A DNA stretch of 64,000 bases, taken from positions 38,998,001 to 39,062,000 of the forward strand of contig NC_043005.1 in the NCBI RefSeq assembly GCF_006345805.1, written 5' to 3'. Source of the stretch: Octopus sinensis. Taxonomy: Eukaryota. Below, in pieces: positions 29,416 to 41,620 of the stretch (position 1 is the first letter of the stretch; each line of letters starts with the position of its first letter). The position numbers were made by a program, and so were the translations under genes. The notes under the pieces were generated by a model, which searched no databases, was not told the origin of the DNA, and saw only the letters and a program-made list of their open reading frames with translations.

Positions 29416-29870
29416 CAACTTCCAGTGTAGTTGTTGGTGTTGCTGTTGTTAATATTGTTTAGCTTCAGGTTAGTAATAATGGATCAGCCTCTCTAGTCGT
29501 TCCTCCCCAAAACAATGACCTCCTGGAATCTCCGCACTGACCTGTAATAGATTGAACTGAATATACGTAAATGGGTTCAATCTGACCGGCGGTCATAGAG
29601 AATGTGTAAGAGCATGGATACTACCCTTTCTCCAGACTCGGTAAGTAACAAAAATATAAAAAAAACAGGAACCTTAGAATCTTTTTGAATATCCAAGGCT
29701 AAACTGTCAATGTGTTTTCTTCCTCAAGGACGTACAGTATGGTTTGAAATAGACTTGATGCTATTTCTTGCAGGTCGAACAACCAGGAAGGGTCTCGTTA
29801 TTCGAATGGCTTCCCTATAGATGTCAACCGCCAGAAACTCAAAAACAGTAAAATCCAACCGCATCAATAT
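28860..29870 (-). mobile_element. Heavily decayed LINE RT (RTE-like)
   Basis: Minus-strand fragments GQCGDSRR and MVFQDFSRS are spaced like RT motifs QCGFR and VF.DFSKAFD. There are many stops. Confidence 0.35.
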
Positions 29871-30353
29871 GATCATTACATGAAGCTCTATAAGTCGCAA
29901 CAGTTGTTCATTCGCCAGCGGAGGCGTTGCTCTTTTACGTATGAAGAAGAAGAAGCAGAGTAGAAGTCAGAGGCGGACCCAAAGGAAGAGAGAGAGAGAG
30001 AGAGAGAGGGGGGGGGTTAACTCATAGCATAATTAATCTTCCCCTGATTTCGTCATGAATTTACTGTTATGATAATATGATATAACAGTGGAAGAATATA
30101 AATACACATTGACAAACATGCATATATACACTAATATACACTCATGTTTATATGCACATAGACACACGTACATATATGCATGTGTAGATGTGTTTCGGTG
30201 TATGTATGAGAGTGTTTATTTCGTAGATACACGCTCTTTATTTCATACACATATACACAGCTTAACATAGACATGTACCTTTATCTGTCTTTAAATACAG
30301 ATATTATAACCATGGGCCATGTAATATATACATATGCATACATACATACATAC

Positions 30354-30414
<61 letters not shown>

Positions 30415-30423
30415 ATATATATT

Positions 30424-30479
<56 letters not shown>

Positions 30480-30527
30480 ATATATATATATATATACGCG
30501 AGAAAGAAGCAACAAGAATGGATAGGT

Positions 30528-30618
30528 TTTTAGTACGATCGTTTCATACAAGGACAGGTTTTATTAAAAGTTGCAAAGATTACAGCATATAAACGAGTCC
30601 CGTACTCATCAGCTAAAA
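30528..30618 (-). ncRNA. Minimal type I hammerhead ribozyme, canonical core, long loop 2
   Basis: TTTTAG-CTGATGA-GTACGGGAC-(41 nt)-GTCCT.T.GTAT-GAAA-CGATCG-TA-CTAAAA. Stem I is 6 bp, stem II is 9 bp with one bulge, the stem III region is the palindrome ACGATCGT, and the cleavage triplet is GUA. Confidence 0.85.
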
Positions 30619-32063
30619 TACATGTAAGTTCTCTAGACATCCTAGTGTTTGAGGCTATACTCATGAAGTAATGTAGATAATTAAACAGATTTCTAAAGTT
30701 CATTAAAGTTCTTTAAAGATGATGTACAGTCTTATCACAGAATTTTAAAAAAGTTTTGATAGCATCACAGAGAAGGTGACCTAATCCATATGAATTTCCA
30801 TAGATATGATGAGGGATTATATACTCACAGAAGACAAATTTATCCATTGTTAATTACAACGAGGTGGGTCTCAATTCCTGCTTATTAGCATTACAGAGAG
30901 GGTGAATTAATCCTTTGTATATATGCACAGATTCCAATGGTGTAGATGTAAATTTCCAGAGAAATGGAGATGAATTTCATATTCACAGGCGATAAATTTT
31001 ACAATGGTTGAACACAATGAGGTAGGTATCAATCCTTGTTATATGATTAGGTGTTTGCCATATTAATCACATTACTGCTATTCACAAGAGGCTGTAGCTA
31101 TTTAACTCTTAAAGGCTGAAGGGCTTACTAGATCGGCCAAGAATAGAGAAGGGAATAGAAGAAAAGAGAGAAAATAATGGAGGAGGGAGCAAAAAGGGGG
31201 GGGAAAGGGGGACTAAAAGAGAAGAGAAAAGGAAACAGAGAATAAGAAGAAGAAAAAGAAGAAAGAGAAAAGAGAAAGAAATAGGGAAAGAAGGGAAAAA
31301 AAGAAAAAGAAAAAAAGAGGGTTCTAGTTATACAGAAGAGCTAGTAGACTGTAAGTCTGGTTTTAATCAACAGGCATCTAGGAACTAGAGGGGAATATTA
31401 TTCTTTGACCAGTAAACCGTTAATTTATTGCTGTTGAAATCAGCTATGAGTTTAAAGAGAATCTAAAGAGATAACACAGTCAGGGGTTAAGGGGTCAGAT
31501 GCTAAAATCACCAGAAAATACATTAGGAAAATCTAAGTATAATCTTATCAAAAAGTCATTAAAAATTTACTTATTTAATTTATTCATTTTATTGTCTTAA
31601 GGAGTTGTCGTTATTATTCATACATTGACTGACTACAGGTCAAATCTTATAAGATCATTTACAAGGTGTTAGGGGATTGTCTATCATAATGAAGATAATC
31701 ATATTATCACCGAGGGAATAGCCTTATTTATTTAATTATGAAATAGAATTATGGGGCTACAGTAACTAATTATAATTTATTAGAGTTATGCTATTTAAAT
31801 TAGATTAAGTTAGGAATTAAAATTAAATATTACAATTAAGATTTAAAATTAAGAATTTAAAAATTGTGAGTTTGAAATTAAATAAAGCCTCAATTAAGTA
31901 GCGAATAAGTACTATTCATTTCCCTGTTCTCAAAAAACTGATGCAGATATAAGGAAAAAGATAAAGATAACTGTAATGTGAGAACTCTTAGTTATCTACT
32001 TAAAGCAGTGCTATACTAGTAGAAATCAAGTTATATCTATCTATCTAGTTATGAATATTCCAA

Positions 32064-33110
32064 TCATTTAAAATATTTTAAAGTCTTCAATTTAGCGTGG
32101 ACACAAACTTGACCTAGTTCGATATGGTTATTCAATAAGTTTCTATGTTTACTATGCTTTAGAATTTCGTACGTCTCCATGGAGCATAGTTGACAACCAA
32201 CCCTACTATTTTTATACGGAATTGCTCTCCTAACTATTTCCCAATTAAGGGTATAATTTTTGTTATTATTTTTGAGTTCCCAGATTTTGTTTGAAAGTGT
32301 GGTGGTACCAGCTTTATGACGTAATTTAAAAGTCGAGATGTGATTTCTAACTCTGGCTAAAAAATTAATTGTACAGCCAATGTAAAAATATTTGTTATTC
32401 TCCGTGGATATGGTACATTTATAGATTACATTATTTTCCCTACATAGACCAGGTGCCGGGCATTTTGATTTTATTCTACACTTACACACAGGAGGAACAA
32501 CTTCAGGCCTTGGATTATTCCTGGGTAGATGTTTAAGGTTCCTATTATTTTGATTATCATTTCTATAGTTGGTGCTGATATCTAAAGTATTGTTATTATT
32601 TATTGATCCTTCCGTTTCATCATTTAGGTGTAAAGTCCTACCAAGATTTCTTATATTATTCGTAATGTTATTATTATTGTTAGTCTTTTTATCCAACTGT
32701 ATATTATTGTTATAGATATCACTGATATTTTCATTCTCCTTATTTTCTCCATTAGCCTTATTTCTATTATTTCTATTATTAACAATATTACTTCTATTAA
32801 TATCGGCATTGTTATTATTACTATTAATGTTAATGTTATTAGTCATTCTGTGGTTACTAATTTCACCTATGTTTTGATAGTTCCTATTGCTGTTTTTATT
32901 GTTGGTAGTATTATTGTTATTGCTATTGGTATTCATTCTGATATTATTATTTTTATTTCTATCTTTCCTGGCTAGTTTAATGTTGTTATTATTAATTTTA
33001 GCTATTAAAGTGGACATATTTGGGAGGGTTGAATAAGAAATCCTAACTGTTTTCCTAGAAATAATTCTATGATATCTATGAGAGATAGGGAAATTTTTTT
33101 CCAGAATCAC
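32064..33110 (-). CDS. PLE polyprotein C-terminal part: RT thumb/linker, Asn-rich insertion, Cys-rich knuckle and GIY-YIG endonuclease
   Basis: 348-aa ORF with RKTVRISYSTLPNM, CKCRIKSKCPAPGLC, VIYKC...YIGCT...RVRNHISTF, TTLSNKIWELK, CQLCSMETYEI and terminal C-x-H. It is separated from the upstream frame by a frameshift near 33175. Confidence 0.9.
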   Translation of the reverse strand: MILEKNFPISHRYHRIISRKTVRISYSTLPNMSTLIAKINNNNIKLARKDRNKNNNIRMNTNSNNNNTTNNKNSNRNYQNIGEISNHRMTNNININSNNNNADINRSNIVNNRNNRNKANGENKENENISDIYNNNIQLDKKTNNNNNITNNIRNLGRTLHLNDETEGSINNNNTLDISTNYRNDNQNNRNLKHLPRNNPRPEVVPPVCKCRIKSKCPAPGLCRENNVIYKCTISTENNKYFYIGCTINFLARVRNHISTFKLRHKAGTTTLSNKIWELKNNNKNYTLNWEIVRRAIPYKNSRVGCQLCSMETYEILKHSKHRNLLNNHIELGQVCVHAKLKTLKYFK

Positions 33111-34345
33111 TTTGAATTTGTTCTGTATATCCGATTGTATCGCACAGTTGAAAGGAATATTCAGCCATAATATATCTTTTTATAAAATTTAGGGTTCGTA
33201 GAATTACTACTATTCATCTCACCGGAGTTATTGTATTTATTACCATTATTTTTATTTTTATTTGTGTGCATCTTAGGTTTATCTACTTCAATCTTATCCG
33301 AGTTACCTATGTTCTGGTCAATGCTTCTATTTGAATTGTTGGGCCTGTACTCTAGATTAGCGTTTACCGTTAATTTAATTCTACTTTTATTTCGGGCTTG
33401 GTCTTTTTTGCTGCTTACGTGATTACTGATAACTTCATTATTAGGAATACGTGAGTTCTCCTTATCAACGAATGTAATCTTTTGGTTGTATCCAGCCTTA
33501 GTTAACGCCGCATTATAATGCTCAGAATGGGAGTTAAATATATCCTTATTGGATGATAATTTGAAATTCTTAATGAAATATTTCTTACTAAAGATTCTAT
33601 TATATTTGGGGGATGATTTGATAATTTATTTACGTAATTCGTGACTTCGCCTTCCTTTCTAAATGGGTAATGTAGCTTGGAGTTAAGGTCTAGGGTAATA
33701 TCTAGGAAATTAGCTATTTTAGTGCCCGGTTCATACGTTATACTGAGGTTGAAATCCTTAAAGAACTTATTAATTTTCTTTCTAATCCTTTCTATAACAG
33801 ATTTATTATTACTAGGGATAACAAACAGAGCATCATCCCTATATAGACCCCCCTGTATTTCTGGGATATCCTTGCTTATGCATTTTAATAGATATGCGCC
33901 TACTAGGTTGGTTACCTCAGCCGAATCACTGGAACCCATTGGTATATCAAAAAAATTTGGTGTATCTGCTCTAGTCCATAATTATCTTCAAATTCAATAA
34001 ATGTCTTCCTAGCTAGTAGCACAATATTGATTTCTTCTCTAGTTATGAGGGAGCGATTCATGGCAAATATTAGTGATTTGTTGAGTAAGATAGGGGAAAT
34101 GCTAGAGTAATAACTATTAATATCGAACTGAATAAAGGACAGACTACTAGTATTAGTTAGAGAGTTAAACCATTTTAGAACTTCGTCGGTACTTAGCCAT
34201 AGTTTAAGGGGAGAAGGGGGTTATTTGGGGTAGAACAGTATCCAGGATAGATTTACTAAGTCGGCAATGTCCGACTTAGTTGGACAGATCAGCCTTATAC
34301 ACAAGGGTTATCCAAGAAGTCCTTTTTGTCTTTTTCCCCCTGGTC
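33111..34345 (-). pseudogene. PLE reverse transcriptase, frameshifted and 5'-truncated
   Basis: ORF 33502-33939 carries motifs B', C (YRDD) and D/E. Manual translation upstream gives RLICPTKSDI and WLSTDEVLKWFNSL...FIQFDINSYYSSIS (motif A). Several frameshifts are present and may be consensus errors. Confidence 0.88.
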
Positions 34346-34349
34346 TTTA

Positions 34350-35787
34350 AGGTTGTGGTCTTTAAACCCTAAAAATGATTTGATTTGAACGGAAGGATCA
34401 ATTCTTATTAATAAACAATTTTAGATATCAGCCACCAACTATAGAAATGATAATCAAAAATAATAGGAACCTTAGCATCTACCAGGAATAATCCAAGGCT
34501 GAAGTTGTTCCTCCTGTGTGTGGTGTAGGTAGAATATAAATCAAATGCCCGGCACCTTGGTCTATGTAGGGAAAATAATGTAATCTATAAATGTACCATA
34601 TCCACGGAGAATAACAAATATTTTTACATTGGCTGTACAATTAATTTTTAGCCAGAGTTAGAAATCACATCTCGACTTTAAATACGTCATAAAGCTGGTA
34701 CCCCCACCACTTTCAAAAAAATCTGGGAACTCAAAAATAATAACAAAAATTATACCCTTAATTGGGAAATAGTTAGGAGAGCAATTCCGTATAAAAATAG
34801 TAGGGTTGGTTGTCAACTATGGCTCCATGGAGACGTACGAAATTCTAAAAGCATAGTAAACATAGAAACTTATTGAATAACCATATCGAACTAGGTCAAG
34901 TTTGTGTCCACGCTAATTGAAGACTTTAAAATATTTTAAATGATTGAATATTCATAACTAGATAGATAGATATAACTTGATTTCTACTAGTATAGCACTG
35001 CTTTAAGTAGATAAAAGAAGAGTTCTCACATTACAGTTATCTTTATCTTTTTCCTTATATCTGCATCAGTTTTTGAGAACAGGGAAATGAATAGTACTTA
35101 TTCGCTACTTAATTGAGGCTTTATTTAATTTCAAACTCACAATTTTTAAATTCTTAATTTTAATCTTAATTGTAATATTTAATTTTAATTCCTAACTTAT
35201 CTAATTATTTAAATAGCATAACTCTAATAAATTATAATTAGTTACTTGTAGCCCCTAATTCTATTTCATAATTAAATAAATAAGGCTATTCCCTCGGTGA
35301 TAATATGATTATCTTCATTATGATAGACAATCCCCTAACACCTTGTAAATGATCTTATAAGATTTGACCTGTAGTCAGTCAATGTATGAATAAAACGACA
35401 ACTCCTTAAGACAATAAAATGAATAAATTAAATAAGTAAATTTTTAATGACTTTTGATAAGATTATACTTAGATTTTCCTAATGTATTTTCTGGTGATTT
35501 TAGCATCTGACCCTTAACCCCTGACTGTGTTATCTCTTTAGATTCTCTTAAACTCATAGCTGATTCAACAGCAATAAATTAACGGTTTACTGGTCAAAGA
35601 ATAAGTTTCCCTCTAGTTCCTAGATGCCTGTTGATTAAAACCAGACTTACAGTCTACTAGCTCTTCTGTATAACTAGACCCTCTTTTTTTCTTTTCTTTT
35701 TTTCCATTCTTTCCCTATTTCTTTCTCTTTTCTCTTTTTCTTTTTCTTCTTCTCATTCTCTGTTCCTTTTCTCTTCTCTTCTAGTCC
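34350..35787 (+). repeat. Inverted copy (~1.4 kb) of the PLE endonuclease and 3' UTR (pseudo-LTR-like)
   Basis: Reverse complement of ~31210-32640 with scattered single-base indels. For example, GAGATGTGATTTCTAACTCTGGC at ~32335 matches GCCAGAGTTAGAAATCACATCTC at ~34650. Confidence 0.95.
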
Positions 35788-35849
35788 TGTATATATGTAT
35801 ACATGTATGCCGTATGTATATATATATATATATTATATAGATATATATA

Positions 35850-36130
35850 TATAACTGTTTATATATCAGTTACCCTCTTATACATATACACATATATATG
35901 TGTGTAGTATGCATGCTATGTTGTGTGTGTATGTATAAGAGGGTAACTGATATATTAACTGTAATTTTCTAATGTTTTTGTTACATACGTTTGAAAGCAT
36001 TTTATGTGCATGTAAGTTCCACCTCATTTCTATTTCCAGAATCACATATAAAACTGTGCGTGTACGCGTGAATAAGCATTCTTATATATGTGTGCTTGTG
36101 AGTGTGTGTGAGTATGCGTGTGTGTATGCG
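35850..36130 (+). repeat. Near-identical direct copy of 27128-27400, including a ~90-bp MITE-like hairpin
   Basis: CTGTTTATATATCAGTTACCCTCTTATAC...GAGTATGCGTGTGTGTATGCG is present at both sites. The first copy ends exactly at the N gap. Confidence 0.92.
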
Positions 36131-37010
36131 TGTGTTAGTGTGTGTTTGTATTTGTGTGTGTGTGTGGTGTGTGTGTGTGTGTGTGTGTGTAGCTTGTGTG
36201 TTTGATTTTATTTTCAGTCATCATTTCGTATATATCGTTCTATATATTTTATTTTGCTATATCACTCAATTCAGTGTAATTTAATATTATATTGATTTTA
36301 GTGAACTCTGATACACCCACCGACATCTCTATGTATATCTACACACACACACACTCACGTACACATACAGAGAGAGTGAGAGAGAGAGAGAGAGAGAGAG
36401 ATGCTTATGTACTGATATATACCCACATATGCATAATAATATTTGACAAGTATACACATATCCTTATACATACATAGAATTACGTATATGCACGTGCACA
36501 CTCACAAAATACACACATACAGACAAATAGATAGATAAATAGATAGATAGATAGATAAATTAACTTCTGTTTTTATATGTTGCCATATATGAAAAAAATT
36601 TTCATTCAGTAATTGATGGATCATTTTAAGTAGAGTTCTATATGTTTTATATTTATGAGGACAAGGTTATACAACTTTTCTTCGTAAAAACAAGACACAC
36701 ACATACACATACTAGATAATGAAGAAGTCGATTTCTCATTTAAAGGATGCATATAATATTAGTTTTTGTGCATTCGTTTTCGCATAAGTTTAATACGACA
36801 TTTTCTGATTTGTTTTGAATACCTTGGGACACATGCATATGCATATAAATATCTTTGCATGCATGAGTGTGAATCGGTGTGTGTGCCTATATATGTAGAG
36901 ATAGATATCTATGTTTATGTATACACATCTATATATGTGTGTATGTATATATATACTCATATATGTATATTTGTGTGTGTGTATATATATGATAGATAGA
37001 CAGATAGATG

Positions 37011-37115
<105 letters not shown>

Positions 37116-37514
37116 ACCGAAAATGTATATACAGGGAACGAGAGGTACTTAGGTACATATATGACAATTTAATAAAACATCTCTAATCTGGAAAACCCAA
37201 TGTATCTTAATAAAAATATGTGCATAATTTTTCGATAAGCTTTCTTATACGATTAGTTTCTGAATCTGCCTTTCAGTCTCAATGACTGTTTCGGTGCTAG
37301 ATCGGAATCTTTGACATAACTGCACAAAATGAACCTTATTCATTTCGGTCATCACCAGGACAATGGCAGCGTTTGTGAAGCTATGGTATTATGAGTTATA
37401 TATTCAGTTTAAAATTAGGATCAAATCTTTATATGAATTTATCAAGTAGTTAGCGTGAACAACCTCATAAGAGAAAAATCCATCAATTTCTCTCTTAAAT
37501 ATATTTATTTATAA

Positions 37515-37752
37515 TATACATAAATGCCACACGTTAGGAGGGACTCTTTATGTCAAAACTACCAAAATAAATAAACACATAGTACCGAACGCGAGGGATT
37601 TCAACAACCGAACCGAGCCTTTTACTAACAGAATTCTGTTTTTAAAAGGCTCGCTTCGAGAGTTGCATTCCCTCGCATTCGGTACTATGTGTTTATTTAT
37701 TTTGGTAGTTTTGACTTTAAGAGTCCCTCCTAGCGTGTGGCATTTATGTATA
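37515..37752. repeat. Spacerless palindrome with 119-nt arms (fold-back element)
   Basis: Centre ACAGAATTCTGT at 37628-37639. The outer ~70 nt of the arms are nearly identical in reverse complement, and the inner parts are more diverged. Confidence 0.85.
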
Positions 37753-37762
37753 GTAATGCCCT

Positions 37763-37850
<88 letters not shown>

Positions 37851-38543
37851 CGTCTATTCATGGCTAACAACAGTCCGCAGTTCCTCTGCTTAGTCAGCAG
37901 TATTTATTCCAAGATCCGACAGATGTGAGGTGGCATGATATGACCTTCGTCACTCACCACACCTAAAACGGTCACAGTTACTGAAAACATCGTGTGTATT
38001 TCTCTGAGAGCATCAGAAGGATTTGCACATTACCATTTATCATCTACCCAGCTACACTTTTGCTCTTGATCGAAGATTTTCGAATCATAAAAATCAAAGC
38101 ATATCACGTTGAAGAGAGTTTTCATTTTCGTTAAGTAAATACTTTTCCTGTCTTTGCAGACATGAATTCGTTTCTCCTCAGTACATACGACTTGTATCCT
38201 ATGGACTTATGATATTCCGCTCCGACACATGAAAGTATTCGGTGATGGTCATTACTAATATTTTAATAATATCTTGAATCCCTTGAATGAATTTCGTGAG
38301 TAGATGCGCGAAGCTGTGGCTGAAAGTAAACAAATTTAAGACCAGTTCCAATATGTTTGAAAGATATTTGGACCTGTAAAAGTCTTATCCCGTTGAAGAA
38401 AAAATGATGTGAAAAACACCAGTGAGCCCAGGTTGCCCTCTGTTGACTGATGGATGTATGCAAGTCGAACTCTTAGTTCTCATCAGTATTAGATTCCAAA
38501 GTGAGCCAACTCTAACCTGATTGTGAAGCGAAGCTTCTTTTAC

Positions 38544-38595
38544 CAGAAATGAGTCCCTATAATTAAGTATAGCGGATTTTGAGACTCTAAGTTTG
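38544..38595 (-). CDS. Candidate short coding exon (52 nt)
   Basis: GCTAAT plus TTTCACCCTGGTTTCAG acceptor and CTG|GTAAAA donor. Two frames are open (KLRVSKSAILNYRDSFL or NLESQNPLYLIIGTHF). Confidence 0.3.
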
Positions 38596-39231
38596 CTGAA
38601 ACCAGGGTGAAAATATATTAGCTACCTTAAATAGTTGACTTCAAACTACATACAACAATCTAAATTACTTTTATTCTCTGATTCCTCTTTTAAGAATATA
38701 TCTAGCGAGGTTAATGGGATGCAGTTTGGGGGTAACTGAGTGTTCAGTTTTAATCATGAAGAGAGGCTGAGAAACATATATGGTGGTATAAATGTAGATG
38801 ATATCTTTAGGTTAGTGAGAGGAGAAAGAATACATGCATCTTAGAGTGCAGTAGGATGATAAGAGAAAATGAAAAGAAAAGAGAGGAGAAAATATCCGAA
38901 ATTGTTAAAACAAAGACTAGGAAGGTACCCAAAACAAAACTAAATAGACTGAAGCTTCTGAACACAAATAATAGATGGGCAATGAAAATAATACTCTCCT
39001 TTTCTTTTTTTAAAAAATTAAACAAAAGGCAGAGCTGCAGAAAATAGAAACAGTAGAAGGCTTCTCACAAGGTATAATGCGCACCATCATAAAAGTTATA
39101 TGAAACAGGATGTAACTTCCAAGAAAGAGAAGAAGCAGTGGTTTGTAAAATGTAGAAGACGCTTTCAAAATCTGAGCTGTGCATAGCAAAAAATATATTA
39201 GAGTATGATAATAATAATAATAGTAATAGTA

Positions 39232-39297
<66 letters not shown>

Positions 39298-39299
39298 TC

Positions 39300-39610
39300 T
39301 CAAAATACAAAGACCTGGAAATAGAGGTAACTAGAATGTGGAACCTGAAAACAGAAACAATTCCTATCATAGTAGGTGCATTAGGCATGATAAAAAAATA
39401 TTCAGACAAATACATAACAAAAACACCAGGACTTACAAACACATATAACATACAGAAAATTGCACTACTAGGCACTGCACACATCCTACGCAGAACACTT
39501 TCCATACAATAACCATCAGAGCATCACAACAAATCACAGCACATACCCAAGGCACACAGAGCTGCGCTCGGTAGTGAAGTGAAAGCACGCTATAAAAATA
39601 AAACTACTGA
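39300..39610 (+). mobile_element. 3' end of an RLE-type non-LTR retrotransposon (Dong/R4-like) embedded in (TAA)n
   Basis: 39300-39512 translates SKYKDLEIEVTRMWNLKTETIPIIVGALGMIKK...IQKIALLGTAHILRRTLSIQ*. (AAT)n lies on both sides. Confidence 0.8.
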
Positions 39611-39622
39611 ATAATAATAATA

Positions 39623-39690
<68 letters not shown>

Positions 39691-40226
39691 TAATGGTGGT
39701 GGTGGTGGTAGTGTTGATTTCAATTGTTAGCCACAGAGGCATAGATGTGGGCACATCACAAGAACAGTCTACAATGTGTAGTGGAATTTACATGTAAGAT
39801 GAGGTAAAAGGAAAAAGACGGTGAAAAGGGATAAAAGTATAGATGGTATACATACTATGTAAACACATGAATGGTACAGTCTTCTTTATACAGGAGGCTC
39901 GGCAAAAACAGACTAAGAGAATAAGAACCAAGTCTAATCATTCACTATTCAAACAGGCCATATCAGACCCAAATACTACGCTTGTTTTATCTCTAAAGTG
40001 ACCAGAATGGTCTCTCTCTCACCTACCCTGCAACGTCATTCTAAAACTAAACAATCACAACATCAAAATCCCAACGCTCCAAGATAGATTCAAAACAATG
40101 AGAATAAGTACTAAAGAGTTGAAGAAATGAAGGTTTGTGGTGTCGAATTGTACGACTGAAATTCTACTAGGTGGTAACTTAGTATGGCCAGTCTGATGAA
40201 ACAAGTAAAAGATTATATATATAAAA

Positions 40227-40632
40227 GAGTGACTGTGTGGTAAGTAGCTTGCTAACCAACCACATGGTTCCGGGTTCAGTCCCACTGCGTGGCATCTTGG
40301 GCGAGTGTCTTCTGCTATAGCCCCGGGCCGACCAATGCCTTGTGAGTGGACTTGGTAGACGGAAACTGAAGGAAGCCTGTCGTATATATGTATATATATA
40401 TATATGTGTGTGTGTGTTTGTGTGTCTGTGTTTGTCCCCCTAGCATTGCTTGACAACCGATGCTGGTGTTTACGTCCCCGTCACTTAGCGGTTCGGCAAA
40501 AGAGACCGATAGAATAAGCACTGGGCTTACAAAGAATAAGTCCCGGGGTCGATTTGCTCGACTAAAGGCGGTGCTCCAGCATGGCTGCAGTCAAAATGAC
40601 TGAAACAAGTAAAAGAGTAAAAGAGTAAAGGA

Positions 40633-40634
<2 letters not shown>
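40227..40634 (+). mobile_element. tRNA-derived SINE, family A, full length
   Basis: Collinear with the 22.3-kb copy: GTGTGGTAAGTAGC...GGTTCAGTCCC...GAAACAAGTAAAAGAGTAAAAGAG tail. Confidence 0.85.
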
Positions 40635-40676
<42 letters not shown>

Positions 40677-41150
40677 TGCAGATGAATAGGATGTTTGGAT
40701 AATTTCAAAGTAGATATGTTAAAAGATAGAATGGTACTTGTGGTTATGTGGAAAATTGGGTTCTTCTATTCTAAAGAAAGCTTTAGCAGGACCCTTAAAG
40801 TTTAAAGTGAAGTTTACTATATCATGTTTTTAACCCACATGAATATACGCAGGATTACACCTAAGGACTCATGCTCTGGTATCTATAACTTCGAAAATTT
40901 GAACTATGAACTTTTATTCTTCTTTTTCTTCTTTCTTTCCATTTCCTTATTCTTTTACTGCCTTCCTCTATGTCGTCATCTTATTAATATATACCATTCT
41001 CATTTTCTCTATTTTTGTCTGATGACGGAATATCCCATACTCGTTGATATCCTACAAAGAGCTGCAATATTTTGAATATCTTCCTATAATAATATATTAT
41101 ACGACTTGAGATCTTTGTCTTGCCTTAATGTTTGACGTCCTGTTTAACTA

Positions 41151-41211
<61 letters not shown>

Positions 41212-41242
41212 CAAAATAAGCAACAAGTATATCCGAGGTAAT

Positions 41243-41328
41243 GTGGTACAATTGTTTCATGCTACTTCATTTTATTAAACACTGTAAGTTTTACATTAGT
41301 TTTAAAATGTCGAGCAATCTTCAGTCAC
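41243..41328 (-). ncRNA. Minimal hammerhead ribozyme (left arm, stem I with one mismatch)
   Basis: Same motif on the minus strand: GTGA-CTGAAGA...GAAACAATTGTA-CCAC. The first stem I pair is an A-C mismatch. Confidence 0.6.
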
Positions 41329-41535
41329 TTATAGAAAGTTTCCAATCAAACGGACAATGCACATTCTTATTTCTATTTCGTTTGCCAACATTATAAAGAG
41401 GGTAGATATACAGACTATCATGTTCTTAAGAATGAAATCAACCTCTCTGTCTGTGTATCTACCCTCTTTATAATGTTGGCAAACGAAATAGAAATAAAAA
41501 TGTGCATTGTCGGTTTGACTGGAAAATTTCTAAAA

Positions 41536-41620
41536 GTGGCTGAAGATTGCTCGACATTTTAAACTGATGTAATACTTACAGTGTTCAATAAAATGAAGTA
41601 GCATGAAACAATTGTACCAT
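41536..41620 (+). ncRNA. Minimal hammerhead ribozyme (right arm)
   Basis: GTGG-CTGAAGA-TTGCT...(58 nt total)...AGCAT-GAAA-CAATTG-TA-CCAT. Palindrome ACAATTGT, GUA triplet, U-U at the base of stem II. Confidence 0.72.

Larger units (their letters stand above)
30497..35787 (-). mobile_element. Penelope-like retroelement (C-terminal endonuclease type), 5'-truncated, with an inverted partial 3' copy
   Basis: RT motifs (FIQFDINSYYSSIS, MGSSDSAEVTNLVG, GLYRDD, NFLDITLDL, SNHPP) precede a GIY-YIG domain on the minus strand. A ~1.55-kb 3' UTR ends in a hammerhead motif at a (TA)n tract. ~34350-35787 is the reverse complement of ~31210-32640. Confidence 0.93.

Noticed and set aside
34350-35787. Interpretation of the inverted copy as a simple fold-back sequencing chimera
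   Set aside because: A fold-back chimera mirrors at the junction, whereas here a 1.7-kb non-mirrored spacer separates the arms. Read support is still needed.
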